DNA of 64,000 nucleotides from Owenia fusiformis (taxonomy: Eukaryota): positions 49,600,001-49,664,000 of the forward strand of contig CAIIXF020000001.1 of NCBI GenBank assembly GCA_903813345.2. Reading direction: 5' to 3'. The position numbers and the translations under genes were made by a program. This document shows positions 22,301-35,151 of this stretch, one piece after another; position 1 is the stretch's first letter; every line of letters starts with the position of its first letter. The notes beneath the pieces are model-generated. The model worked only from the letters and a program-made list of their open reading frames with translations, was not told where the DNA came from and made no database searches.

Positions 22301-24703
22301 GACCAAGGGAATCAATCACGGATGAACAATATTTTATTAAAATCGTATCATGAACTCATTATTTTGTTATGATTGTTTGTCTGCCCCAGTTTTCCACAAA
22401 CTCATAATATTTCTTGTTGATTCCATAAATTACAGAAATCATGAGAAGGAAATATATTACAATCCTTATATCAAATACAGGACTATTATATACCAGTTAC
22501 AGTTAATGGCTGATGCTTTATTCCATGTTGAATCTACTTTAATCTCTATTCTTTCTGACTCAGTAACATTATACTTTGGGAATAGCCTCTTACAATGTAT
22601 CATAGTTTGTATTGATCTATATTTCACCATCATGCTTCATACTCCCTTACCAGTTTGATTTTCAATATGAAAACTTCATACCTTGGTCATTCAAGATGAT
22701 CATGCTTTGCTGGAAAGAAATAAGTGTACCCTTTGACCAATAGTTTGTATATTAGGCTCTCACTAATACCTGGGTCACATTTGTACCGATTTATCGGCCG
22801 GCGCCCGGCCGATTGAGTGTTTTGTTCAAAATTGCATGTAGTTTTGAACAAAATACTCACTCAGGCGCTGGCCGATGAATCGGAGTAAATGTTTGTTGAC
22901 CCCAAAAGTAGCTGCCATGGGGTTTTATGACAGTTTCAATATGAAATAAATGTCAGGTACGTATAAATTGTAATGAAGGCTTTTTCATTAGAGAGCTAAG
23001 TTTTTATCGACTGTATTCTGATTGGGTAAGTCTAGACCAAAGGATAATCACTCAGAGTGATGATGAAGCTCTCTTTTAAGAGGCAAAATCAAACTTTTCG
23101 AAAGGTAGAATGCGTCATAGGAAATATTCCTGTGACCCATTGATACGCACGGAACACTTAAAAAGTGGTATACCTTTTAGAGGTACCAAAGTCATTCTTC
23201 TAATAAACTGATTTTTTCTGTATTGGCATTTGCCACAACTTAATAATAATATGAGATCACCCAGTTTCAACTTATCAGTTTTGGTTAGGGTACTTAAGAT
23301 TTTTTATTTGACTTGAAATCATTTATCTTCCTGAAATGATGCAAAATGTGTCAGAATTTCCTGGGAACACTTAAGCCAAATTGAACAAAATGAAAATAAC
23401 AAACACATAAAAGATAATAAAAGTCCAATGCACAGAAGCAAATAATTGAAGTCTCATTCATTCATTAAAATGTGTCAATAACCCAATTGTTGATATTTTC
23501 TTGGGACTGTCCCAGACTAAACATATATAGCAAATCAAATGTTTGACTAATGTCATGATTGTATGTATACAATACATATCAAACCACTATCAGTAGCTGT
23601 GGGGTCAGAGGTGGCTTTATCTGAATGCGATGTTCAATTTCTTTATTTCAACTGATTAAAAGTTCACATTTAAACACCACTTCTGTTCTTCAGACCAAAG
23701 ATTCATAGATTGATCAGTTAGAGATCAAATTGAAATTGTTTTCAAATTATGGAATTAATCTCTGTTTATTACAAGATAATATGAAATATGTACAGTATAA
23801 GGCAAATGGATTTGCTATTTGACCAATGTTAAGAATTTGGATATAAACTAGGCTGACTCCACTGACCAACTCGGAACACAAAGATCAAAGCAGTGCTGTG
23901 TGTGAGTTAGATATAACCCAAGACAAGGACTCACCTTCAAAACCTCAAGGGATCACCAAAATGGTATGTTTTGTATTGTGTTATAGAAGCAGGGAAAAAA
24001 CAGTTTTTCTGAAATATTCATATATAGCATGCTACAGTGCCCACTGATACAAATCTCTCTATATGAAAATTGCAGATTTACATGTGTTGATAAAAAGCAA
24101 CTGTAAGTTCAGGCTCATTTATTGCTTTTCATGCTATACAGTTTTTGCCTGTTTTATGATGGCCATTATCACCAAATGCTGCCATAAAATCCTTTGGAGC
24201 AGTCATGTTTCATTTTTAATGTTATATCCATTCCAAGGGGAAGGTCAAAATATCTTTTTTCTCATTTCCATGTGACTCAGATAACTATTTTAAGGTTTTC
24301 ACACTGATACACTTATTAAAAGTGTCAAGTGTTATCATGTATTTAATTTTAATTTAGAGAATAAATATTTTTAATAAAAAAAAAAAGAAAAAAGAAAAAA
24401 CAAGTGCAGCATATTTACAAAATGAAGAAGGCAGTCTGTTTTGAATCTGATCAAGCTTTCTGTTTTTAACCCAGTAAACATACTTTGATATTAAAACATG
24501 TGTTATTTGATCTGAGCTCATCTGATGAGAGTAGCATTGCTGTCATACATAAAGTGGGATAACATTTATTATCCTGTATTTATTACATATAATTTCTAAA
24601 CATCACATAATATATATTTATATTCCATTGTCATGATAAACAAAGATAAAAGCTGATATCAGTGATCATTTTGGAATCTGCCTTGCAGGCCAGATGGTGA
24701 ATC

Positions 24704-24908
24704 CAGGCCTGTAGCCAGGATTTGCCAAAGGGGGGGTTCAGTTTTCAAAAATTTCCAGGGGGGTTTACATTTGACAATTTTGGGCCAAATATGCCCAAAA
24801 TCACTTGAGAAGTGCTCAAAATGGTGAAAAACTGCATGATATCGAAAGAATTTTTGACCAGAGGGTGGGGTCGCCCGAACCCTGCAAACCCCCCCTGCTA
24901 CAGGCCTG
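24704..24908. mobile_element. MITE, CAGGCCCGTAGCC family, 5-bp TSD
   Basis: TIR CAGGCCTGTAGC..GCTACAGGCCTG with TSD GAATC. Confidence 0.88.
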
Positions 24909-25288
24909 GAATCTTACATTTAGGACCATGGCATGTCAAGACTGAGGTGATATGGTTTAGGTTTGCCACTTGATAAATCAAAGGTTTTCATATGACTGAC
25001 ATCAATAAATCTGGTCAGACCAATTTAGGGTCTTACTAGCGATTTGAAGAATATTACCAAAATATTGCCTGCCTCTTCCTCGTTTCTTGCCTGGTTGATC
25101 TTTGCACCCTCCTCAGGTGTAAAATTCTAATAATTCAGTGATCCCCCAGTATTAAAGGAAGTAGGTGCAGAACCTCCCTGAGATTTTGAAAACAGGCTTG
25201 CACCCACCTGAAAATCCATTTGCACTCACTTAAAAATGAGAGGAATCATGAAAAAATGAGAGGAATCATGAAAAATAGGCATATTCTG

Positions 25289-25687
25289 ACCAAAGGACGA
25301 TTCTCGGTTTGGAGAACGAAGTTCATCAAACTAAATGAGCATTATCCCTGCATTGGACAAATTTGATTTTTTTTACCTAATATAGATTTGAATGTCTTCT
25401 TTATAGTCATAATTTAATTTGGGTAATATTTCCAGATTTTTCGCAAAAAATATATTAGCGCAGTACACTGATGAACTTCTTTCCCAAAATCGAGACTTGT
25501 ATTTAATTGAATCGGTCTAATTGAGCGTTATCCCTGCTTCAGACCAATTTGTTATTTTCACAACTTGTAGATTTAAATGTCCTCTTTTGAATATTCATAG
25601 TTTAATTTGGGTAATATTTCTATGTTTTCAATTAAAAAAATTATTAGCCCCGGAGACTGTTCTCCAAACCGAGAATCGTCCTTTGGT
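25289..25687. mobile_element. MITE with 3-bp CTG TSD (PIF/Harbinger-like)
   Basis: Perfect ~30-bp TIR ACCAAAGGACGATTCTCGGTTTGGAGAAC..GTTCTCCAAACCGAGAATCGTCCTTTGGT flanked by CTG, with an internal ~180-190-bp degenerate tandem duplication. The superfamily call is inference from the CWG TSD. Confidence 0.8.
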
Positions 25688-27882
25688 CTGAATTGTGAAA
25701 ATGAGAATTTTGCGTCCACTTAAGTTGAGAACAAATCCTGTGGAGAACATCTCAATTCTGATCAAAAATGATCAAAATATGCAATTTTTATGATTTTTCT
25801 CATCTTCAAGTTGGTGAAAATCAGTTTTCAGGTCATCTTAGATTTCGAAGTTGTGAAGCTATTTTAAAAGCAAACTGGTAAAAGAGTATGCTCTCAAGTT
25901 GGTAACAAGCCATTTTCAGTACCAAGTTGGCTGGATGGTTTGGGAGATGCTGGTCCATTATTGTTGAGAGTGAAAGTCTAACTTACTTCATGTGACGATG
26001 TGTTATTTGAGCTACATAATCACCTTTCTGCTTGTTAGATGCCAAAATGAGTGAACATATGGAAATAATAAGGTATCACATATACATAGTTTATACAAAG
26101 TACTATATTATATATATATTACATGTGTATCTGGTATATATATTACATGTGTATCTGGGAGTGATACCAGATCAATCAAAGCTTAGTCAGGAATTAGATT
26201 AACAAAACAAACCTGTTATAATGTGAAAATAGAACACGCTTGACGTTAGATGGAAACTGAAGCATTGATAGTAAAGCACGAGTCTCAAACTGAGGATGCC
26301 AATAAAAATCCTCGCATAATTATGTAATAAATCGCAAATGATGAATTATGGTATTGTTAGATACTTACTGTGTAAGTAAATACCGCGATCAGGTTATTTA
26401 TCGTCAATGTGGCTGGTTATTTGCAGCTGTATTAAATCGACTAATCTTCTATGATTACAAGCAATAAGTATTCGCCCTTGAAGATCATCTTGGAGATCGT
26501 CGTGGAGATCAACTTGAAGATCATTTTGGAGATCAAGTCAAAAATAGCAAATGTGATATCCATAGAATTGGAAAATACTTAGTGGGATCACAATTGGAAG
26601 GAAATTAAACAATTAAAAATATGGTGAGATAATTTCTGGATTTATATCAGAACAATTTATACTATCTCAAAACAATATAATATACTCTGATATAAATTCC
26701 TAAGTATTGAGAAAAATTGAATAATGTAATTGATGAGTTATAGAATTTAATAACAGATTATTAAGCTAGGATTAATTGAAGTGAAATTAGAAACTCCAGA
26801 AAATGAATATATATTGTGCCATGATAGTTTCATTAACATGATTAAGATTCACGGAACCTCATCCAGTCTGCCCTGTTGCATATTCTCATACAAAATGTTA
26901 GAGTAAATGAGAATATATTTCCACATTAGGAAATAGAATATAGAATCAATTGTTTAGAGTTACATCGTTGCAACAGGCAGCAAATGGGAGTATGTGCTTG
27001 ATACAGTAAACGACACCAGAAGATCAAATAAAACAGAATAAGTTGAAAAGCTTATTACAAATAAGATTTTACGTCCACATCAACACAAAGCTCTGATAAG
27101 TCATTCTGATGGTCCATGTGATCTCCTTTGGATTTGGAAAACTGCAGATAATTGCATTGTGAAGATGGTACATTCTAAGATTGCCATGGAAATAAATGAG
27201 TAATACTGCAAAAAATTGGATAATTGCTCGATAATGGAGGCTTTTAGAAGAAGGGTAAGTGTGTAATAGCATTTTTATAATTGCGCTATCATGTATTTTT
27301 CATACCTTGCATGATGCATTATGCATTCTTAATGTAATTTCACCCATAGACAAGTTGATTGTTCAAATATTCAGAGATACAATAAGACTATCGATATCGG
27401 AATTGATATCAGTGTTCGGATTGCCAGGTGTTCACATTCCAGCTTTAGAATGTGGGAATCAGTTGGAGATAATAGGTGGATATACAGGTTTTACTATTGT
27501 AATTTGGCGATATATGAGTTCTGTTATTAAATGTTGTCATGGCTGATTTAATTGATATCATAATTAATGATGAATAATCCATAATTATATTCCATTGTCT
27601 ACTTAGGGGTATGTACTATAGCTTGTTGATATAGTGCCAGGGGTCAAGAGAAAGGTTGCGTACAAATCTATAATCTTACAACCCCTGAAACTCTATAAGC
27701 CAGCGATTTATTGTATCAATCAAATATATTCATTTTCCGAAATGGTAGGTTGCGACTTTATGCAATATCTTATTGCTAATAGACAGCTCAATTATTACAG
27801 CGGGATATCAATCTTTGTAGGGGAAATTAAAACTTATCCTGTCCAAAATGTCTGGGGTATATTGCAATGTTGAGTTACTTAA

Positions 27883-28533
27883 AGGAATATTCCTTGCCAG
27901 ACCCTTTCTCTCTTGATATGGTAGCTATAATCATATTTATCAATGTTAAAATTGTTCTATAATTTATCTGTTTAATTTACAATTTTTCTTTAAAATTGGA
28001 GATATGGGACATGGGAAAATGTTTTAATATGGTCAATATTGATCTTTTAAAAATCTAGTGCTTATTTCCAGTGAGCTGCCATCTTTTAAGATTTCTTGCA
28101 GGAAGTGATGTCATCAACTCTCAACTTCTATAACCTTGCCCATAACAGTATAGGAAAGTAGCACAAAATCACTTCTAGACAAGTGATCATTACTTTCTGT
28201 GCAAAAATATTTTCAGGGCTTGTCAACTTAGAATAAAAGAAGAGATTTTCAGAAGGATTAAATAAGATACAAAGTTGAAAAAGAATATTTAGCTGGTTTT
28301 GTAATTCTTAATAGCTCCTCACCTAATGCTATATGCAAAGTTGAGAGTCGATGACATCACTTCCTGTGTGAAATTTTAAAAGATGGCAGCTTACTGGAAT
28401 TGAGCATCACATTTCTGAGTGATCAAATTTGACCATATCAAAACATTTTTGCGTGTTTTGCTAAACATGGCAAGCATATATATTGTTATAGCTACCATAT
28501 GAGGAGAGAGATGGTTTGGCAAGGAATATTCCT
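27883..28533. mobile_element. Kolobok-like MITE (TTAA TSD)
   Basis: TTAA|AGGAATATTCCTTGCCA..TGGCAAGGAATATTCCT|TTAA, with long imperfect internal inverted repeats (GCTGCCATCTTTTAA / CAGGAAGTGATGTCATC). Confidence 0.85.
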
Positions 28534-28579
28534 TTAATAAAATCTCATATACCATTGTAATACATCCTTTAGGAAGCAT

Positions 28580-31500
28580 TACAGGGAATTACACACCAAT
28601 CCCTTATTTTATGGATATTTTCCCAGATACATGATAAGTTGTTCAATATGATATTGTGAGGGAATAGATTATTTGTTATATAGACTAGAATCAGTGTGTT
28701 CAAAATTTAATGACATCTTATATTTTGGCGAGCCACTAAATCATGTGTACTAATTGAAAGATAAAGGGTTCCTTAATTGATACTGAGATTTAACAAGATG
28801 AAATAGGTGTCGAAATGTGTTTTTGGGTAAAAAATGTGTTTTTTGCAGAAAAAAAATTAAAATCAAAAGAAAATTTTTTTTGAATTTTATTTCAACAAAT
28901 ACAGACTGGTTGACTATAAAAATTGAAAATAAACCATATTTGATAGATTTTCAGGGATTATGGAAGCTTTTAGAGATATTTATAGTGGTTGTTATCTTAA
29001 GTTTTATCAATCATAAATGTATTATTTATGCATAACTAATTGAGACAATATTTAAGTTTACTACTCTAATTTAGATTTTACCAAGAAAACAATATATTTC
29101 AATTCAATTTTATTTCATTTGATATTGTTTTATATTTCATTTGATATGACACATTAATCACAAATTCAGATTCATAAAAGTATCAGTGGTGTATGTCACA
29201 AATGCATATTACAATGTATCCTAAGAACATTCTAACATAAATCATTAGTGCTATTATGTGAGATGTTGGTACAAAAAGGGTTAATTTGTGTTAGCACAAA
29301 TTTGATCTTCACCAATACGGTAGCATTTGCATCCAGCAGTACATTTTATTTTAGATTTTCTGCAAGAGCAGCGCATTGACCTGCAGCCTTTCAAGCATTG
29401 GCAGCTAATGAGCTCGTGTAAACCATTGGGCATGGGTGGTAGGGTTGTCCATACAGGTGTCAATGTAGATGATACAATCTCCCAACCGTAGTTCAAAGGG
29501 AGGGGTATTTCAGGATATTGTAGATGTGCACTTTTCCATATGCATGTTTGGATTGCAGCTCTTTTGATGTGAAGTCGAAGGGCATCCTGTGTAGGTGGGA
29601 GGGACTCTGGTTTGTTCTTCTGGAAGAATAACCTACATCTTACGCTGTTGATGAGGTTTGTCTCGCTTTGAAACATCCTGCAGACAAATTGTTCAACCAT
29701 TTTTAGTGTGTATTGCAAGTGTTCTTTGAAATCACCAAGGGTAGAAAGCAATAGGTGGTGTTTCAAAAAGTATTGCCAGGCTGATTTCTTTGACTGTCCA
29801 TAAAAAAATGAGATGCTGTCACATCCCGTCACGGCATGAAAGGCTAGAATGTTGTCTATTGATGCGGGTGGAATGGTAGTTAAACATGCATCTACAGATA
29901 TAAATTTTCTTTTTAATAAGGTTCCAGCCATCATCCACAAGTTGTTACATCTTATCCGAGCTCTATGAGAAATAAGGAGCACAAGGACATCGGTATCCCT
30001 GCTACACACAACTACTCTGTCACAATTACAAGAAACTGCATGAAGAATAATCCGTGTGTCAGCCTCCTCTTGATTGGTGTTTAAGTGATGTACATCCACC
30101 TCCTTTTGGTTACATTGTACTTCTGGAACACCTCCAGCCACAACCACAAGGACATCTGTTATGCATTCCAGTAGCCTTCTTGACAGATATTTAGCTAGGT
30201 CAGTTTTATTGGCAGACATTGCTAAAAATCCTTGCCAGTCTATTGGTAATGGAACTTCATCGTTCTCAATTACTCTTTGTACCGATTTCTTCTTGCTACG
30301 ACGTTCACGAGTAGCTCCTTTTATTGACAGGTCTTCATATCTATCAAATACAACATCTATTCTTTGAAATGCCTGACCACATCTAAGAACTTCATGAGTG
30401 AAGTGTGTGCCGTAATCTCCAAAAGTTTTTAAATTTTTGCTAGGCTTTCCAAGTGAATGTATAAATGCATTTCCATCAATGATCAAAGTCTGGGTGGTCT
30501 CAATGGTATCTGTAGGGAGAGTAGCAGGACAGTTAGTGTTAGTTGTTAAAATCTCTGTCAGGATTGCTTTGTTTCCAGTTCTTGGTAGTCTGTCTGTCTC
30601 AGCAAGAGATAATGGTATTGGCATTAGTTCATGAGACATGACATTATACAAGTTCACTTCACGGCCTGCCTCATAGGCAATTATAAGTCTCTTCAGTACG
30701 TCACGGTCAACTTTAACCTTTTCTTTAGCAGCTTTCTCCTTTGTATTGTCAGTGGTATACAGATTTTCGAAAGTTTGTGGTTTATTTCGTTTCATGGTAT
30801 CATAAAAGGATATATTGGTTGTTCCATCGAGTTGTTTGAGGAGGCGATCTTCAATAAATGTTTCCAGTAAATTTTGACCCAATCTTTCTGCATTGAGTAA
30901 TGCAATTTGAATTCCTGGTGTGGCGAGGTCTTTCGTTGTAAGAACTTGTAACGTGGAAGATGTATCATCTGGATCAAATACTTTCAGAGTTGTAAGTGTA
31001 TTAAGAATGCTATCTTCTTGGTTGTTATCCATTCTTTGCCTGGATATTGTGTTTTCATTATGGGTGTATTCGTTTCTCTCATCATATCCCTCTGGCATCA
31101 ACAGTTTAGTAGTTTTCCCTGATAATTCTGTTCGCTTGTGATGAGACAATGTCCATCTTGTTAAAGCCTCTGGTTTCTTTGTTAATCCAATGATCCCTCC
31201 ACATATTTTGCTTTCCTTGTTAAGCCATTCAGTTCCATGATCTGGGTCAATCTGATTAAAATTCCTTTCTGTTAGTTTTACAACAAATTCTCCTTTTTTG
31301 AACTGCTCTTCTACTTCTGCAGGGAGTGTCATCATGTCTGCTACATACACAGTTCCCCATTTTGCATAATTCAGATGGTCATAGTGGAAGAAAAAGGGCA
31401 ACATTTTACAGAATGAGTACATGTGGAGATCCCAATTTCCTTCCCTGTGTGCTCTGGTGTGCATTAGTAATAGTTCAACCATCTCCATGTAGCCCCACCA

Positions 31501-34500
31501 GAAACTGAAGTTCACACTTTGAGCTGATCGTTTGGCAATAAATGCATCAAATAGTGACATGGCCCCAGATGTGGAAAGAATGGTTATTAGGTTACCAACT
31601 TGTGTGGATTCATCCGGTGTTTGTCCATCAAGATGAGATTTTATAGCATTGTGGATCTTCCTGCTAGATTCAGTGTCTGAAACATTAAGGTCTTCAATGT
31701 ATTGTGGAAGAAGTCGTCTCCATAGGGCTTGAAGTGTTAGCTTGTGTGCACGCATACCCTTGTTATAGTCCTTTCCGGCAAGTACATGATCGGCTGAGAC
31801 AGGGCCCATCAAATTACTCTCAATCCACATATCCCTCAAACCAGATGCAGCCATATGATCTCCTATTGCCCGTTGGAAGTTTAGAGATGTGTGAAGTCCA
31901 CCTAGTCTCACAAATACATTTTTAAAGAGATCATAGTTAGACCATTTCATCAGCATAATACGCCAATAGAGTGCTTGATCTACAGTAGCAATGGTGTTCT
32001 GTTGGTTTAGTACAGATGAAACATGCATAAACCTCTTCAAGACAGTTGCCAGGGTATCATAGTCATGGGCAGGCGCTGGTACAAGAGGGAATCTACCAAC
32101 AGAGGTAACTTCATGGTTAGATGTCATTCTTGCCTCATTGAATGAAGTCCAACTTGGCTTATTCAGGTCAGACTGACGGATAATATTGAATGCCAGATCC
32201 TTGGCTCTTGCTTCAGTTGCACTAGGATTATTCCTTTCGGTCATTTGATACCATTCTTTGTTGACTGTTGCTAACTTAGGCTGAACCTTTTCAACTACAT
32301 TTATGTCAGCTAGTACATCCAGTTCGTCAGGTACCTTGAAGTTCAAATCTGCATGCACTTTCATGTCATCCATGTGGGATGGTGGACTTGGTCCCCGCTG
32401 CCATGCTGCCATCTGCGTGGCATGGAATGTGTTCTTCCCATCGAGTGTCCTATCGTTGATGTCAATATTGTCTAGAGAAAAATGGAGGAATCTATTGGAA
32501 ACTAGATTGTTTGGAGTAATTGTGCCAGTTTCTTTGTGGATTAATTCTGCACTACTTTTACTTAGTGTGTGATCAACCTTCAAAACTTGTTGGTAACTGA
32601 GACAATGGCCTGCCCTATGGAACAGGTTAACCAACTGCTTCGATCTGGTTTTTTGGTGCAGGACATTTCCAAGGCCGATGTGTTTTGGCGTCCACTTCTC
32701 ACCACCACTGACACCATATACCATATCCTGAGCAAGGTTGAGGACTCTGATAGAAACATTTGGCATTTTAGTTTCATTATCATTTTCGTCTTCTAAATCA
32801 GTGTTTTCACCAACCTTATAATCATTCAAATTACCACTCAAACTATATTCATCAATTTCATTCATGCCTCCAAAAAGAAATTTCAAGAATATTGCCACAC
32901 TCTTTGGGACAGCCTTAGCACATGAGTCATAGTCAATACCAAGTGTCCTGCTTGCTGGGTGCATCAAAATATCTCTTCTCAGTTGCAGTGCTGTGTGCAC
33001 CATTTCCTGAAAAGGGGTATTTTGTTGCACCAATGGTATAATATGAGAATTTTTAGACTTTAACATATTAGACAACATGACTTGATCATAGTTTACTGGT
33101 AAAAGAACAGTTTCTGGCATACCAGACATACCTCGTAATGGAACAACAAACTTGTAGAACTTATTTATATGAGGTTCCAAGGCTTTTTGAAAATTGCAAA
33201 TAGTTCTATATTGTTTAGGAATTGATTGTTTGGAATCGTCAGCCAATGCACAGTATCTTTCTCTCACATCAGACAGCTTTAGAACATGTCCCTGCTTGGA
33301 AGCAGAAGATAACTCACTTGTGAGAGAAGCTAAGGATCCATCAATGCTGCATGCTGAGTCAATACTGCTGGATGTTGAAGAGTTCATCACATCTCTCTTG
33401 AATTGAGAAAAACAGTCTCGATGATATTTGCAATCCATTGAGACTAGATCATTTATGTTATGAAGTCTTACACCCAATGATGGATATGTTTGGGCGCCAT
33501 CGAGAATTTCAGTACTGGTTTGTTCATTGTCAACAGATCGCAATCCATGTTTGCTGCTCCTCCGATTTTCAAACCTTCTTGGCATTTGGCAGAATATACA
33601 GGTTTTCCAGTTGATTGGATTGTTGGCACTACGTAAGTGCATCTTTGTAGCTGTTGATTGTACATTATCTTCGGTAAGTTCATTTCGTTTTATGAGTATA
33701 TCAGAAGTATACTTTACATAGCAACTATTGTGCCATTTGAACTGTTGTGGCATTGTGCTTTCATCATTGTTAAAAATATCATATAATTTATCAGTTATTT
33801 GCCGAGATTCTGTTTGGACTTTATGCATCGATCGTATTTTCATTGTTCTCTGTATTGTGTTCATTGTTGTATCTGTGGAGCTTTTTAAAACATTTGACCT
33901 TGTTCCAGATTTTGCACAAAATATGCATCCAGTTTTCTCTGTCTCGTATGATCGCTTTAGATTAATGATAGCCTCCATTGTCTGAAACATCACAAAACAA
34001 TTCTATTTTGAGAGAGAGATGATTGTGCTTGATGCTTTTTGGTACTAGTTCAATAAAATCAATCAAAGCAGAGAGAGTACAATTTATCACATCCATTCAT
34101 GTATGGATTATTTCTATTTGAAAATTACAAGCAAGAAAATATTACCTTTGTTTATTACTTGACAAATAGTATGGAAAACAACATTATATCATTAACGTAT
34201 CATATTTTATTATGTCACTTGATAATATGTACAGAATGATGGATCTTATTATTCATGTGTCTGACTTTAATGAGTCATTGGTACTTAGAATTGAATGAAA
34301 CAGATTTAGTGAAGACATCACTGTCATATTTATTGTAAAATATTAAAATAACTTGATAGAAATTAAACCTGTATTGACCTTACCATGAAATTTTTATGAA
34401 ATCTGTGTACACTTATCAAACTTGTCAAAACACTACATTGGCTGGCACTGTTCCAGTATGACACATTGACAAGTTGCTCACTACTATTTATGTGGTGGTC

Positions 34501-34810
34501 AACACTAATTGTATTTATTGAACTAGTAAAGGAATGAGCAATTTTCTTTTAATTAATTGTCAAATTAGTGCCTTTTGACACCTCGTTCACAATGTTAAAT
34601 CTCACAAATATTTTCTCATATGTAAAGGAGTATTTTGGTATAGGTCTCTTGGCGGCTCGTCAAAATATAAGAACTTTCACTTTCTAGAGGCTTTTATTTT
34701 GTATGATTCTAGTCTAATATAGGACATCCTTCTTTCTCAATTGAAATATGCAATTTATTTTTTGAGGAACATGGCATCATTAGATTCGTTCATTTATCAG
34801 ACTACCCTGA
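28580..34810 (-). mobile_element. Academ DNA transposon (approximate ends)
   Basis: Colinear inverted motifs flank the ORF: TAGACTAGAATCA (28681) / TGATTCTAGTCTA (34704); TCTTATATTTTGGCGAGCC (~28716) / GGCTCGTCAAAATATAAGA (~34654); TGAGATTTAACA (~28784) / TGTTAAATCTCA (~34593); AGGTGTC (~28805) / GACACCT (~34577). Possible termini CAGGG (28582) .. CCCTG (34809). No TSD found. Confidence 0.7.
29281..33993 (-). CDS. Academ (AcademX-type) transposase: DDE-type core + XPG/PIN nuclease + Cys-rich zinc finger, 1570 aa
   Basis: Uninterrupted ORF. N-terminal CxxC..HxxC motifs; core motifs HFSLDNIDI, TVDQALY, RLGGLH, DHLNYAKW and DPDHGTE; XPG/FEN-like IIDGNAFIH, VVFDRY, EEADTRIILHA, DTDVLVL and TGCD; C-terminal Cys cluster SCQCLKGCRSMRCSCRKSKIKCTAGCKC. 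This architecture and the ~1500-aa size match Academ proteins. Confidence 0.88.
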   Translation of the reverse strand: MMFQTMEAIINLKRSYETEKTGCIFCAKSGTRSNVLKSSTDTTMNTIQRTMKIRSMHKVQTESRQITDKLYDIFNNDESTMPQQFKWHNSCYVKYTSDILIKRNELTEDNVQSTATKMHLRSANNPINWKTCIFCQMPRRFENRRSSKHGLRSVDNEQTSTEILDGAQTYPSLGVRLHNINDLVSMDCKYHRDCFSQFKRDVMNSSTSSSIDSACSIDGSLASLTSELSSASKQGHVLKLSDVRERYCALADDSKQSIPKQYRTICNFQKALEPHINKFYKFVVPLRGMSGMPETVLLPVNYDQVMLSNMLKSKNSHIIPLVQQNTPFQEMVHTALQLRRDILMHPASRTLGIDYDSCAKAVPKSVAIFLKFLFGGMNEIDEYSLSGNLNDYKVGENTDLEDENDNETKMPNVSIRVLNLAQDMVYGVSGGEKWTPKHIGLGNVLHQKTRSKQLVNLFHRAGHCLSYQQVLKVDHTLSKSSAELIHKETGTITPNNLVSNRFLHFSLDNIDINDRTLDGKNTFHATQMAAWQRGPSPPSHMDDMKVHADLNFKVPDELDVLADINVVEKVQPKLATVNKEWYQMTERNNPSATEARAKDLAFNIIRQSDLNKPSWTSFNEARMTSNHEVTSVGRFPLVPAPAHDYDTLATVLKRFMHVSSVLNQQNTIATVDQALYWRIMLMKWSNYDLFKNVFVRLGGLHTSLNFQRAIGDHMAASGLRDMWIESNLMGPVSADHVLAGKDYNKGMRAHKLTLQALWRRLLPQYIEDLNVSDTESSRKIHNAIKSHLDGQTPDESTQVGNLITILSTSGAMSLFDAFIAKRSAQSVNFSFWWGYMEMVELLLMHTRAHREGNWDLHMYSFCKMLPFFFHYDHLNYAKWGTVYVADMMTLPAEVEEQFKKGEFVVKLTERNFNQIDPDHGTEWLNKESKICGGIIGLTKKPEALTRWTLSHHKRTELSGKTTKLLMPEGYDERNEYTHNENTISRQRMDNNQEDSILNTLTTLKVFDPDDTSSTLQVLTTKDLATPGIQIALLNAERLGQNLLETFIEDRLLKQLDGTTNISFYDTMKRNKPQTFENLYTTDNTKEKAAKEKVKVDRDVLKRLIIAYEAGREVNLYNVMSHELMPIPLSLAETDRLPRTGNKAILTEILTTNTNCPATLPTDTIETTQTLIIDGNAFIHSLGKPSKNLKTFGDYGTHFTHEVLRCGQAFQRIDVVFDRYEDLSIKGATRERRSKKKSVQRVIENDEVPLPIDWQGFLAMSANKTDLAKYLSRRLLECITDVLVVVAGGVPEVQCNQKEVDVHHLNTNQEEADTRIILHAVSCNCDRVVVCSRDTDVLVLLISHRARIRCNNLWMMAGTLLKRKFISVDACLTTIPPASIDNILAFHAVTGCDSISFFYGQSKKSAWQYFLKHHLLLSTLGDFKEHLQYTLKMVEQFVCRMFQSETNLINSVRCRLFFQKNKPESLPPTQDALRLHIKRAAIQTCIWKSAHLQYPEIPLPLNYGWEIVSSTLTPVWTTLPPMPNGLHELISCQCLKGCRSMRCSCRKSKIKCTAGCKCYRIGEDQICANTN

Positions 34811-34924
34811 GCTCCTTGGGCTTGAAGTTATTATATGCTTATTGATGAACCCCTCTTAGCAAAATGAAATTATTGAAAAGGGTAACTCTCGTGACTCATA
34901 GAGTGAAACTGACTTACCAATCTA

Positions 34925-35151
34925 CAGGGTGTTCCAAAAAAGTGAACCCTTGCAACAAGGTAATTATCTCAGATATTAAGCACATTGATGGGCTAATACT
35001 CTCACATGTTGTAATGTTACTTCTGCAAGATTTCAATATGAGTGACCCCTTTGGTACCTACTAAAATCTATTGAATGCCCATGCTGAAACCCATTTATGA
35101 GGGTTATACCTGGGATATAGCTTGTTGCAATGGTTTTTTTGAACCACCCTG
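34925..35151. mobile_element. Tc1/mariner-type MITE (TA TSD)
   Basis: TA|CAGGGTGTTCCAAAAAA..TTTTTTGAACCACCCTG|TA, plus inner TTGCAACAAG/CTTGTTGCAA. Confidence 0.8.

Noticed and set aside
30161..33985. Short + strand ORFs and alternate-frame ORFs over the Academ gene
   Set aside because: Shadow ORFs of a long coding sequence with no recognisable motifs.
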